From assembly GCA_002423965.1 (NCBI GenBank), contig DIOR01000006.1, forward strand, positions 21,165 to 85,164: DNA of 64,000 bases. Direction: 5' to 3'. The notes beneath the pieces were generated by a model, which was not told where the DNA came from, did not search any database, and saw only the letters and a program-made list of their open reading frames with translations. The number at the start of each line of letters is the position of its first letter. The stretch's first letter is position 1. The stretch comes from Firmicutes bacterium UBA5509. Its GTDB lineage: Bacteria; Bacillota; Proteinivoracia; UBA4975. This document shows, piece by piece, positions 48,413 through 58,711 of this stretch. The position numbers and the translations under genes were made by a program.

Positions 48413-48438
48413 GCAAAAAAAAGCGCTTGAGGCGCTTT
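48413..48438 (-). terminator. Rho-independent terminator after the DUF1858 gene
   Basis: aagcgc-ttgag-gcgctt flanked by A8 and T5, so bidirectional geometry. Confidence 0.75.
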
Positions 48439-48627
48439 TTATAGGGCATTTAATAGGTCTAATAACGGATCTACATCAATGCCATGGGCTTTGGCTGCTT
48501 CTTCAATGCGCTCGGCACTGGCGGTGGGGCACCCTATGCAATGCATGCCATGACTTAAAAATATTTCCGCACTTTTGGGATTTACTTGAAGAGCTTCTTT
48601 AATGGTCATATCTTTGTTAAATTTCAT
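48439..48627 (-). CDS. DUF1858-domain redox-disulfide protein
   Basis: 62 aa, GMHCIGCPTASAERIEEAAKAHGID is the DUF1858 signature. Confidence 0.8.
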   Translation of the reverse strand: MKFNKDMTIKEALQVNPKSAEIFLSHGMHCIGCPTASAERIEEAAKAHGIDVDPLLDLLNAL

Positions 48628-48641
48628 AATCTCGACTCCTT

Positions 48642-49403
48642 TTATTTTTTTTGGGCAATTAAAGTAAGGCGTTGTGTCCTAGGGGTAATAGTTTTAAAAC
48701 TGTAATTATTCCAAATACCTTTGAGCTGAAAACCCGTCTTCTCTAGATAGTATACCAGGCTTGACACCTGATGACAACGCTGCTGAATAGAGAAACTTGC
48801 CTTAGACCAGCAGCCTTTGTTCCTCTGAATATACATGGAAATCTCTGCAAAATTAAAGGGGTAAGAAAACTGGTTGAGCCAAGACAGATCCATATTCTCA
48901 ATCCCCCAGGCAAATACTTTATTGCCTAGAATACGCTTGTACTTATACTCAGTGTTAATATCAAAGAGCAAGGATCCATTTTTGCTTAGACAGCCATGGG
49001 TCCTTTGGAAAAATTTAATCAACCCTTTTTTGCTTAGAAGGTGATTAATACCGTCACATGTCGATATTACTAAATCTGCCTTCAGGGGCATATCAATGAA
49101 ATTCCCTTGATACAGTGGCATACATAATTGTAATTCCTCTGCCTTACTTCTTGCAAGGGCTAGCATCTCAGGGGACTGGTCCAGACCTGCCACCCAAAAA
49201 CCCTTCCGTCTTAAGCCTAGGGCAACAGTGCCGGTGCCACAGCCAGCATCGACAATCCGAAAACTTGAGGGCCTTCCCTGTTTTTCGGCATAGGCGGCAA
49301 TAAACTCTATCCACCGCCTATAAGGCACATCAGCCATAAGGTAATCATAGTATTTTGCTAAAAGCCCGTAGGCGTCGTTGCCCATTAGCCTCGGTACTCC
49401 CAT
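48642..49403 (-). CDS. Class I SAM-dependent methyltransferase (YqeM-like)
   Basis: Motif I VDAGCGTGTVAL. Position next to rsfS, as in B. subtilis. Confidence 0.8.
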   Translation of the reverse strand: MGVPRLMGNDAYGLLAKYYDYLMADVPYRRWIEFIAAYAEKQGRPSSFRIVDAGCGTGTVALGLRRKGFWVAGLDQSPEMLALARSKAEELQLCMPLYQGNFIDMPLKADLVISTCDGINHLLSKKGLIKFFQRTHGCLSKNGSLLFDINTEYKYKRILGNKVFAWGIENMDLSWLNQFSYPFNFAEISMYIQRNKGCWSKASFSIQQRCHQVSSLVYYLEKTGFQLKGIWNNYSFKTITPRTQRLTLIAQKK

Positions 49404-49711
49404 AATCGTTCCAGCTGGTAGTAGTCCCTGGCTTCAGGGGTAAAGATATGCACAATAAAATCTATATAATCCAGGAGAATCCATTCCCCTTCCTGGTACC
49501 CTGATCTACTTAAGGGAACAAGATCTTGCTCTGCCAAAGATTCTTCGATAAAGTCTGCAACTGCTCTAGTATGAATTTTTGTTAACCCTGTTGCTAGGAC
49601 AAAGTAATCAGTAAATGATGAGCTGGCACTGATATCGATAGTCTGAATATCTGAAGCTTTTTTATCTCCAGCGGCAACAGCTGCCAATTTTACTGCCAGC
49701 GGTATTTGCAT
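49385..49711 (-). CDS. rsfS: Ribosome silencing factor RsfS
   Basis: DYFVLATGLTKIHTRAVAD…VHIFTPEAR. Confidence 0.9.
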   Translation of the reverse strand: MQIPLAVKLAAVAAGDKKASDIQTIDISASSSFTDYFVLATGLTKIHTRAVADFIEESLAEQDLVPLSRSGYQEGEWILLDYIDFIVHIFTPEARDYYQLERLWEYRG

Positions 49712-49714
49712 GGT

Positions 49715-50908
49715 CTACCTCCCTTTCAAGTCTTGTCCGAGAATAACAGCCACAGGACTTTCACTGTCAATATAATTGTCTTGAATAAGAACAGCTTCGA
49801 CTTCCAACACCAGGGCAATTTCTACGGCAGCAAGGTGGTACTCTTCTTGATAATATATGCGAGTAAGCTCCGAAATCTCGGCATTGTCAACTCGACCAAT
49901 GTTAAACATGCGTCCTCGCAGCAGGGTGGCAGTATCAGCGGCAAAGCCGGAAACCCCATTACCGTTAAATAGATCCACTACCAATAAGGATTTATCATAA
50001 CTAGGAATATTATTGACAATCTGACTGATTTTCATTTCCAAAAGTTGTTGATCACAGGACCAAAAGCGTTGCTCTCCTGAAACAAGCCAGCTTCCTGGCA
50101 GAAGAGAATAATTGCGGTCCTCCCAAGTTATGGCTTGCATAGAGTCCCTAAATTTCGCCAACTCCCGGGGAGGCATATCCGAGTCAAAGCTCTCAGCGAT
50201 GCCACCCATATTGGTGACAAAGTAACTAATATGATTTAAGGTAAATAGCTGGTTAAACACTTCCACCAGCAAAGATTTTTCTGCCCAAAATTCAATATCC
50301 CTGGATTCATTATCTGAAGTGATAAAGGGAATGACCTGGCCTACTGGAATCTCATTGGGGCCAGGCTTAAATATGTAGTCAGATTCGTCAGTACTAACCA
50401 AGAATTCTTCCGGCAAGGTGACAGTAACCCCGGAAATTTCAGAAACAATATCTTTAATTTTTTGTACATCATAGACTACATAGTGGTCTATGGACATCTT
50501 TTTGGAGAACAAGCTTTCTATTCCCTTGATGGTTGCCTTAATTCCCTGGGCTGCATGGACCGCAGATAGAGAGTCGTTAGCATCGGCTTCACCCTTTAAG
50601 AGAGTAGCGGGGGGAATGCGGAGAATGTGAACTGGCGAGTCCTTGGAAGCCGGCACCGAAAGGAGTGTGCAGGAAGTAATCTCGTTATTGTGGCGTCCAG
50701 CAAGTAAGAATTGAACTCGCTCATGTGTATCAGGGCGCCAGATAGCAGGGTCAGCTGAACCCTTAAGTGCTTGAAATAGGGAAAAGTAACGGACACTAAA
50801 GAATAACAAAATAAGGAACACTGCCAAGGTCAGAATCGTTCCCAGCTTTTTTAAACTAAATTTTTTACTTTTCCGGCGGTAGCGACTTGAGCGTGGTAAA
50901 TACTGCAT
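49715..50908 (-). CDS. LytR-CpsA-Psr (LCP) family protein
   Basis: N-terminal transmembrane anchor. LCP-like core (HILRIPPATLL…MSIDHYVVYDVQKIKDIVSEISGVTVTL) plus a C-terminal LytR_C-like region. Confidence 0.55.
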   Translation of the reverse strand: MQYLPRSSRYRRKSKKFSLKKLGTILTLAVFLILLFFSVRYFSLFQALKGSADPAIWRPDTHERVQFLLAGRHNNEITSCTLLSVPASKDSPVHILRIPPATLLKGEADANDSLSAVHAAQGIKATIKGIESLFSKKMSIDHYVVYDVQKIKDIVSEISGVTVTLPEEFLVSTDESDYIFKPGPNEIPVGQVIPFITSDNESRDIEFWAEKSLLVEVFNQLFTLNHISYFVTNMGGIAESFDSDMPPRELAKFRDSMQAITWEDRNYSLLPGSWLVSGEQRFWSCDQQLLEMKISQIVNNIPSYDKSLLVVDLFNGNGVSGFAADTATLLRGRMFNIGRVDNAEISELTRIYYQEEYHLAAVEIALVLEVEAVLIQDNYIDSESPVAVILGQDLKGR

Positions 50909-50948
50909 AGTGCCCCTCCTTTACCCTTATTCCTTCCACATTCAGTAC

Positions 50949-52830
<1,882 letters not shown>

Positions 52831-52865
52831 CTATTTAGTGAAAAAAACTCCGGTTTTCCGGAGTT

Positions 52866-53159
52866 CTAGATAGCTGTTGCTTCAGGATATACACTGACTC
52901 TTTTACGCCCTCTGTTGCCATTGCCTTCAAAAGAGACCACACCATCAACCTTGGCGAATAAAGTATCATCACCGCCAATACCGACGTTATTACCGGGATG
53001 AATTTTAGTGCCTCTCTGCCGAACTAAGATAGAGCCAGCGGTAACATACTGACCATCCTGGCGTTTAACACCTAAGCGCTTGGAGATAGAATCTCGGCCG
53101 TTCTTAGAACTGCCAACTCCCTTTTTAGATGCAAATAATTGCAGATCTATTTTAAACAT
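52866..53159 (-). CDS. rpmA: 50S ribosomal protein L27 (with Firmicute N-terminal propeptide)
   Basis: [24 protein letters not shown]…. Confidence 0.95.
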   Translation of the reverse strand: MFKIDLQLFASKKGVGSSKNGRDSISKRLGVKRQDGQYVTAGSILVRQRGTKIHPGNNVGIGGDDTLFAKVDGVVSFEGNGNRGRKRVSVYPEATAI

Positions 53160-53162
53160 CCC

Positions 53163-53492
53163 TTACACCTCCTCGTTATATATCTCGACAAAATCTGGAT
53201 ACTGTTCAGCGATATTTTCGATTCCTAAAAGGATTGTTTTAAATATCACCTGACAGGTCAGTAAAGTTTTTTGAACTATGTCCTGAGGAACACGACATTC
53301 TAGCAGTCCATCCTTCTTGGTATATATGGGAGTAATCCCAGCCACTTCATTAAGGGCAAGAAGAGCGGTTTGACTAAGAGCAGAAACTGCAGAACAGACG
53401 ATATCTGACCCCCTGGAACTATAGTCTGAATGACCTAGCACTGAAAAGCCAAATATGGAGTGTTCATCCCAAAATACGTGTACTTCAATCAT
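53163..53492 (-). CDS. prp: Ribosomal-processing cysteine protease Prp
   Basis: GHSDYSSRGSDIVCSAVSAL motif. Located between rplU and rpmA. Confidence 0.9.
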   Translation of the reverse strand: MIEVHVFWDEHSIFGFSVLGHSDYSSRGSDIVCSAVSALSQTALLALNEVAGITPIYTKKDGLLECRVPQDIVQKTLLTCQVIFKTILLGIENIAEQYPDFVEIYNEEV

Positions 53493-53494
53493 TT

Positions 53495-53809
53495 TTACGC
53501 CAAATCGATTTTTTCAATGGTGACTTTGGTAAATGGCTGCCGATGTCCTTGTTTACGGCGATAGTTCTTTTTCGCCTTATACTTAAAGACAAGCACTTTC
53601 TTGGCTTTGCCATGGTACACAACCTTGGCGGTTACGGTGGCATTCTCTACATAGGGTTTACCCAAGACAAGCTTGTCATCCAATCCAACTGCCAGGACTT
53701 CGTTAAAAGAAACGGTGTTGCCCGGTTCGGCTTGAACTTTTTCCAAAAAGACAACATCGCCTTCGGAGACGCGGTATTGCTTGCCCCCATTTTCCAGAAT
53801 AGCATACAT
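53495..53809 (-). CDS. rplU: 50S ribosomal protein L21
   Basis: [18 protein letters not shown]…. Confidence 0.95.
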   Translation of the reverse strand: MYAILENGGKQYRVSEGDVVFLEKVQAEPGNTVSFNEVLAVGLDDKLVLGKPYVENATVTAKVVYHGKAKKVLVFKYKAKKNYRRKQGHRQPFTKVTIEKIDLA

Positions 53810-53945
53810 CAGTCTACACCTCCATTACAGCGTACTCGCCAAACCTAGGCAGTCTTAGTTGACTTTAAGCCCAGTCTGAGCGGTTAAAACTCCAACACTT
53901 ATAATACCACAGCTACATCAGTCAAGCAAGAACAAACCAGCATAA
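53810..53945 (-). promoter_or_regulatory. rplU promoter plus structured 5' leader of about 95 nt (possible L21-leader element)
   Basis: Minus strand reads TTGCTT, a 17-nt spacer, then TGgTATTAT, followed by a leader with an AGTC…GACT hairpin. The Firmicute rplU operon carries an autoregulatory leader. Confidence 0.4.
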
Positions 53946-54157
53946 TATTGTACAGGATTTTTTAGCGACACCATCAAAAATCATGGACCAGGCACCGGCT
54001 ATTTCATTGCTTATCATTTGGCTAATCGCAACCGTTTAGCCCTCCGATCAGAAAAATTTACAATAGCAAAATCCGGCTGATAACCTCATGAATGACCCGG
54101 TGGGGTCATCTATAGGTGGTAGATTTGGGAGACCCTACCCCTACCCTATAGAGAAAA

Positions 54158-54197
54158 CCCTCCCTGACGACTCCCGTCAGCAGAGGGTATTTTTTTT
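54158..54197 (+). terminator. Strong intrinsic terminator oriented on the plus strand (bidirectional geometry) overlapping the 3' end of the TIGR03936-like gene
   Basis: Plus strand has ccctc-c-ctgacg-actcc-cgtcag-ca-gaggg followed by a T8 run and preceded by an A-tract. On the minus strand the U-tract is weak (UUUUCUC). Confidence 0.6.
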
Positions 54198-54803
54198 CTT
54201 TGACGTTAAACAGAACAATCCTGCCGGCCAGGGAGATATTTTTTCATTTTTATTTGAAAATATTCCCTTGCGGGTAATGGGAAAACTGGGTGCATCGTAG
54301 CCAGGACAGCAAGCGCTAGCAACGACATCAGGGCGGACAGTCTTTTGATTATCCACCCTTAACAAAAGGGAGAGCTCATTTCCCCTGAGTTCAGCAGATA
54401 GGAGGTACTCCTCTGCCTCCTTAAGATTACATTGAAGATTGTCGGGAACATAAGGCAGTTGAACCTGATAAGCTAAGGCATCCACCAAGGCCGTTACCTT
54501 GGGAAAGGTGCTGGGAACAATGGTAGAGGCCAAGACAGATAGCCCCTTGGGAGCTACCTCATTTAACCGCTCCACCACTCCCTCGTTTTCCTCTTGTAAG
54601 AAGACTTCCAGCAATTCATTTTCTCCCTGAAAGCCCGTAGCCAGGGGCAGGGCAAACCGCAATTTAGGCCGGGGATTATAGCCCTGAGTTTGCTCTAAGC
54701 TCAGTCCTGCCAAGCGAAAAATCCGCCACCATAATTGCTGAAAATCCAGGTGGGCAACAAAAGCCATGGGACCTATTTTTTCATAGCATAAAATTAGTCG
54801 CAT
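54177..54803 (-). CDS. Radical SAM-linked protein (TIGR03936/DUF2344 family)
   Basis: MRLILCYEKIGPMAFVAHLD N-terminus typical of the family. It overlaps its TIGR03960 partner gene. Confidence 0.65.
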   Translation of the reverse strand: MRLILCYEKIGPMAFVAHLDFQQLWWRIFRLAGLSLEQTQGYNPRPKLRFALPLATGFQGENELLEVFLQEENEGVVERLNEVAPKGLSVLASTIVPSTFPKVTALVDALAYQVQLPYVPDNLQCNLKEAEEYLLSAELRGNELSLLLRVDNQKTVRPDVVASACCPGYDAPSFPITRKGIFSNKNEKISPWPAGLFCLTSKKKNTLC

Positions 54804-56632
54804 TTGGGTTTTCCCCCTCTTTGCAGCGGTGTCATTGAAAAATCTCCACACACACCACAGTTGGAGCAATCAGTAAAAGTACAATCCTTTGTTTCCTGGA
54901 GTTCCTTTGCTTTGGCCAACTCCTGTTGTAAAAAATCTTTGGAAACACCAATGTCAATATGATCCCAAGGGAGCACGGCAGTGAGAGGAATTTCCCCTAA
55001 AGCCGACGAAACGTCTATATCCGCTTCAGCAAAGGCTTCATGCCAAAGCTGGGGACGAAAGTGCTCACTCCAGGCGTCAAAACGACATCCCTTTTGCCAA
55101 GCCAAAAAGATTGCCCGGCCAACCTTGCGATCCCCTCGAGCCAGCAAAACCTCCAGCTTGCTTTCCTCCCAATTGGAGGTATGGACCTTGTACATAGGTG
55201 GTCGCATACTGTCCAGGATTAAGCGTTGCCGTCTTTCAACCTCCCGGCGCTCCAAAAAGGCTGCCCATTGAAAAGGCGTATGGGCCTTGGGAATAAAGGT
55301 TGACACCCCTACACTGATTTTTAACCGACTTTTCCTCCCCCGGATTTCCCTGTACATCCGCTCCAGGCTGCGGACCATGTGAATAATCCCAACAATGTCC
55401 TCATCAGTCTCGGTGGGCAATCCCAGCATAAAGTATAGTTTAAGGCTGTCCCAGCCACTTTCAAAAGCTTTGCGGGCAGCGCTGAAGATATCTTCCTCGC
55501 TGACGTTTTTGTTAATGACATCCCGCAAGCGTTGACTGCCTGCCTCAGGGGCCAATGTAAGACCCGTCTTGCGCACGGCTTTAGTCAACCGGGCCAATTC
55601 AACGGAATAACTGTCCACCCGCAAAGAGGGCAAGGACACGCTTGTGCCATCACGGGCCATTAGAGTCTCCACCAGTGCTTGGATTTCCGAGTAGTCGGCG
55701 CTGCTCAGTGAAGAAAGACTGATCTCACCGCTGCCAGTATTTCTAAGAAGCAGCTCTCCCTGTTCTACCAGCTTAGCTCTAGGCCGCTCTCGTACCGGCC
55801 GGTAAAGCATTCCTGCTTGGCAAAAGCGGCATCCCCGGGCACAGCCCCTGCAGATTTCAATGCTGACACGATCGTGGACTGGCTGCACCAAGGGGACCAC
55901 TAATTTCCGCGGCAAGGGTAGGCCAGCAAAGGCTCGGATAATTCTCTTCCTTAGTGGGGGAAAGTCCCCCATGGGTTCCAAACCTTTATATACACCCTGA
56001 GGGTCATAGACTGGGGAGTAGAATTTGGGTACGTAGATTCCCGGAATCAATGCCAATTTTGCAAGGGTTTCCCCCTTGTCCTTGCCTTGCTTCCTAGCCT
56101 CCCTAACTGTATCTATAATTTCCAAGACAATTTCCTCACCCTCTCCTAGGACAAAGGCATCAATAAAGTCCGCCAAGGGTTCGGGATTCATTGCCCCCGG
56201 TCCCCCTGCCAACACCAGAGGGAAATCGGTTCTTTCATGGGCATAGGGAGAAAGCCCTGCTAAGTCCAGCATGTTGAGGATATTGGTATAGCCCAATTCA
56301 TATTGCAATGTAAAGCCGATAATATCAAAAGCATGTAACCCCGTCTTTGTTTCAAGGCCATAGAGAGCCAGATCATGCTCCCGCAATTTTGTCTCCATAT
56401 CCGGCCAGGGGGCAAAAACACGTTCTGCTTGAGCCCCGGGGATATCATTGATAATCTCATATAATATCTGAAAACCCATGTAGCTAGAGCCGATTTCATA
56501 GACATCGGGAAAGGCCAAAGCAAAGCGAAGCTCAACTTCCCCCTGATCTTTTACTACAGAATTAATTTCATTGCCAATATACCGGGCTGGTTTCTCTACA
56601 TAGGGCAACAATGAGTTGAGCTTATCCCACAT
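54794..56632 (-). CDS. B12-binding-domain radical SAM protein (TIGR03960 family)
   Basis: N-terminal B12-like domain. Radical SAM CRGCARGCRFC. Paired with TIGR03936. Confidence 0.7.
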   Translation of the reverse strand: MWDKLNSLLPYVEKPARYIGNEINSVVKDQGEVELRFALAFPDVYEIGSSYMGFQILYEIINDIPGAQAERVFAPWPDMETKLREHDLALYGLETKTGLHAFDIIGFTLQYELGYTNILNMLDLAGLSPYAHERTDFPLVLAGGPGAMNPEPLADFIDAFVLGEGEEIVLEIIDTVREARKQGKDKGETLAKLALIPGIYVPKFYSPVYDPQGVYKGLEPMGDFPPLRKRIIRAFAGLPLPRKLVVPLVQPVHDRVSIEICRGCARGCRFCQAGMLYRPVRERPRAKLVEQGELLLRNTGSGEISLSSLSSADYSEIQALVETLMARDGTSVSLPSLRVDSYSVELARLTKAVRKTGLTLAPEAGSQRLRDVINKNVSEEDIFSAARKAFESGWDSLKLYFMLGLPTETDEDIVGIIHMVRSLERMYREIRGRKSRLKISVGVSTFIPKAHTPFQWAAFLERREVERRQRLILDSMRPPMYKVHTSNWEESKLEVLLARGDRKVGRAIFLAWQKGCRFDAWSEHFRPQLWHEAFAEADIDVSSALGEIPLTAVLPWDHIDIGVSKDFLQQELAKAKELQETKDCTFTDCSNCGVCGDFSMTPLQRGGKPKCD

Positions 56633-56635
56633 GAG

Positions 56636-57514
56636 CTATTCCTTCCTTTCCCCTGATTCCTTCACCGCCTCCTGAAGGGAACTTTGACCGGTCCCTGCTA
56701 AAATTAGCTTAAGAAGCTGGTGCTCAGTTAAAGTGCCGGCCAGGGCATAAGCCTCATCCAACACTGAAATCTGATAGTATTTTTGCGGGCGAATTTTTTT
56801 TAAAACATCGTTAACCTTAACCCCAGGAGAGGCAACTAAAGTGTCGGCCGCCATGAGCTTGTTCTTGTGCAGATTGCTCTGCCTGGCAAGGACATAGCGC
56901 AATAGTGGCACCAATAATTGTCTTCTCTCTACCAAAGCATTGTACAGTAAAAAACCTGAAGCCGCAAATATACTGGGGTTTGGCTGTCCTTGTAGCAGCC
57001 GGAGAATCGCCAGAACTCCCAAAATAAGTCCACAACCAAACCCACATACCACAAGAATTTTTGTGGCTCGATAAAAGGAGGTCCACCCAGCTAGGCGGCC
57101 TCTTAAGGCCCGGCCTCCATCAAGGGGCAAAGCCGGTAGAAGATTAAAAGCAGCAAGAGTCAGGCTGGCGTTAATAAATGAACTGACAAATCCCTGGGGA
57201 GTATAAGGTAACAAGGCCATGGCCACGGCAACGGAAATAACGTTGGCTGCAGGACCCGCCAAGGCGATGCGAAACTCGGCAGCTGGCTGCATTTCCAGAA
57301 GCTGATCCAAGTCCATATATCCCCCCAGGGGCCGGATTACTAGCCTTTCCACTTTGTAGCCCTGAGCTTTCGCCACCAAAATATGCCCCACTTCATGGAT
57401 TGTCAGTGCCAGCAAAAGGCTGATAACTTCCTTTACCAGGCCCAAAATCAATAGCACCGCAAAAAAAACCACAAAGAAAATTGAAACTTTGATTGATTTC
57501 ATCGCCCCATCCAC
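56636..57514 (-). CDS. Site-2 (M50) metalloprotease with C-terminal CBS domain, SpoIVFB-like
   Basis: HEVGH zinc motif and the NLLPALPLDGG LDG motif. 292 aa. It sits upstream of rplU, where spoIVFB lies in B. subtilis. Confidence 0.6.
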   Translation of the reverse strand: MDGAMKSIKVSIFFVVFFAVLLILGLVKEVISLLLALTIHEVGHILVAKAQGYKVERLVIRPLGGYMDLDQLLEMQPAAEFRIALAGPAANVISVAVAMALLPYTPQGFVSSFINASLTLAAFNLLPALPLDGGRALRGRLAGWTSFYRATKILVVCGFGCGLILGVLAILRLLQGQPNPSIFAASGFLLYNALVERRQLLVPLLRYVLARQSNLHKNKLMAADTLVASPGVKVNDVLKKIRPQKYYQISVLDEAYALAGTLTEHQLLKLILAGTGQSSLQEAVKESGERKE

Positions 57515-57560
57515 CCGCCTTCTGCTAATAGGTATTTTCAGGGGCGGTAGATATATGCAA

Positions 57561-57585
57561 GAAAAAACCTGGCTTTTAGGCCAGG
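57561..57585 (-). terminator. Rho-independent terminator after rodA
   Basis: cctggc-ttttag-gccagg with U6 on the minus strand. Confidence 0.7.
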
Positions 57586-58710
57586 CTAAAATATCGAAGT
57601 ATCACTGTGGGCCGCCACAGATAGCACCAGCCCCAAAGAAATCATCGTGGTCAAAAAGGAACTTCTCCCATAGCTGACCAAGGGCAGGGGCAGACCGGTC
57701 ACAGGCATTATGCTGATTGTCATTCCTACATTGACTAGGAGTTGAAAGGCAAGCATAGCGGCGACGCCTACGCAAATGTAGCGACCAAAATTGTCCTTTG
57801 CCTCCAGCCCTATTTTTAGGATTCTAGTAATTAAAAAGATATACATCAATAAAAATAGCGAAGCTCCCATGAAACCTAATTCCTCGCCAATGACACTGAA
57901 GATAAAGTCGGTATTCTTTGCAGGCAAAAAATCCAGTTGGGTCTGTGTTCCCTTAAAAAGACCCCGCCCCAAAAACTGGCCAGAACCTATTGCCACCTTG
58001 GACTGAATAATCTGCCAGCCGTAACCATAGGGATCCTGCCAAGGATCCTGAAAAATTATGAGACGAGTCTTTTGGTAGGGTTTGAGTAGGAATAGAAATG
58101 CGAAAACTGATCCAATTGCCCCAGCAACACTTAGTACCGCCAGATGTATCCAGCGTAGGCCTGCAACAAAAAGAATGCTTGCGGCAATAGCTAAAAAGAT
58201 CAGGGAAGTTCCCAAGTCAGGCTGACGAAAAATGACAATCATAGGCACCCCCACGTGGAGAAGTGGAACGATTAAATCCTTCCACTTCTCCAAGGTGCGG
58301 CCTTCCTTAGCCATAGTGGCAGACAGGGTAAGGATGATTGCAATTTTGGCAGGTTCGGAGGGCTGAAGCTTTAACTTGCCGATAGCAAGCCAGCGCTGGG
58401 CACCCCAGGCAGAGGATCCTTTAACCATAACCAGAATCAAGAGGGCAAGACTGAAAAGGTAAAGAGGAATCTTAAACCGCTGCCATTCGGAGTAGTCAAT
58501 TAACGAGAATATGGCCATACCCACCAAGCCAATTACCACCCAAAGCAGCTGTTTTATAAAGGTCTGACTAGAAAACAATGTGGCAAATGAGGTTTCACCG
58601 GTAACTGAAGAAGAGCCTAATATAATTACCCCAAGGAATGAAATGGCCACAATGGTCAACAAGAGAATGTAATCATAACTCTTCCATAATTTTTTCCCCA
58701 AGCTGGTCAC
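57586..58710 (-). CDS. rodA: Rod shape-determining protein RodA (SEDS family)
   Basis: Ten-transmembrane SEDS topology. Adjacent to mrdA. Confidence 0.9.
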   Translation of the reverse strand: MTSLGKKLWKSYDYILLLTIVAISFLGVIILGSSSVTGETSFATLFSSQTFIKQLLWVVIGLVGMAIFSLIDYSEWQRFKIPLYLFSLALLILVMVKGSSAWGAQRWLAIGKLKLQPSEPAKIAIILTLSATMAKEGRTLEKWKDLIVPLLHVGVPMIVIFRQPDLGTSLIFLAIAASILFVAGLRWIHLAVLSVAGAIGSVFAFLFLLKPYQKTRLIIFQDPWQDPYGYGWQIIQSKVAIGSGQFLGRGLFKGTQTQLDFLPAKNTDFIFSVIGEELGFMGASLFLLMYIFLITRILKIGLEAKDNFGRYICVGVAAMLAFQLLVNVGMTISIMPVTGLPLPLVSYGRSSFLTTMISLGLVLSVAAHSDTSIF

Positions 58711-58711
58711 C

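Noticed and set aside
54088-54300. 70-aa plus-strand ORF
   Set aside because: It reads straight through a strong intrinsic terminator hairpin and T-run, is low complexity (FFFF, PYPYP), has no ribosome-binding site, and overlaps the 3' end of the minus-strand TIGR03936 gene.
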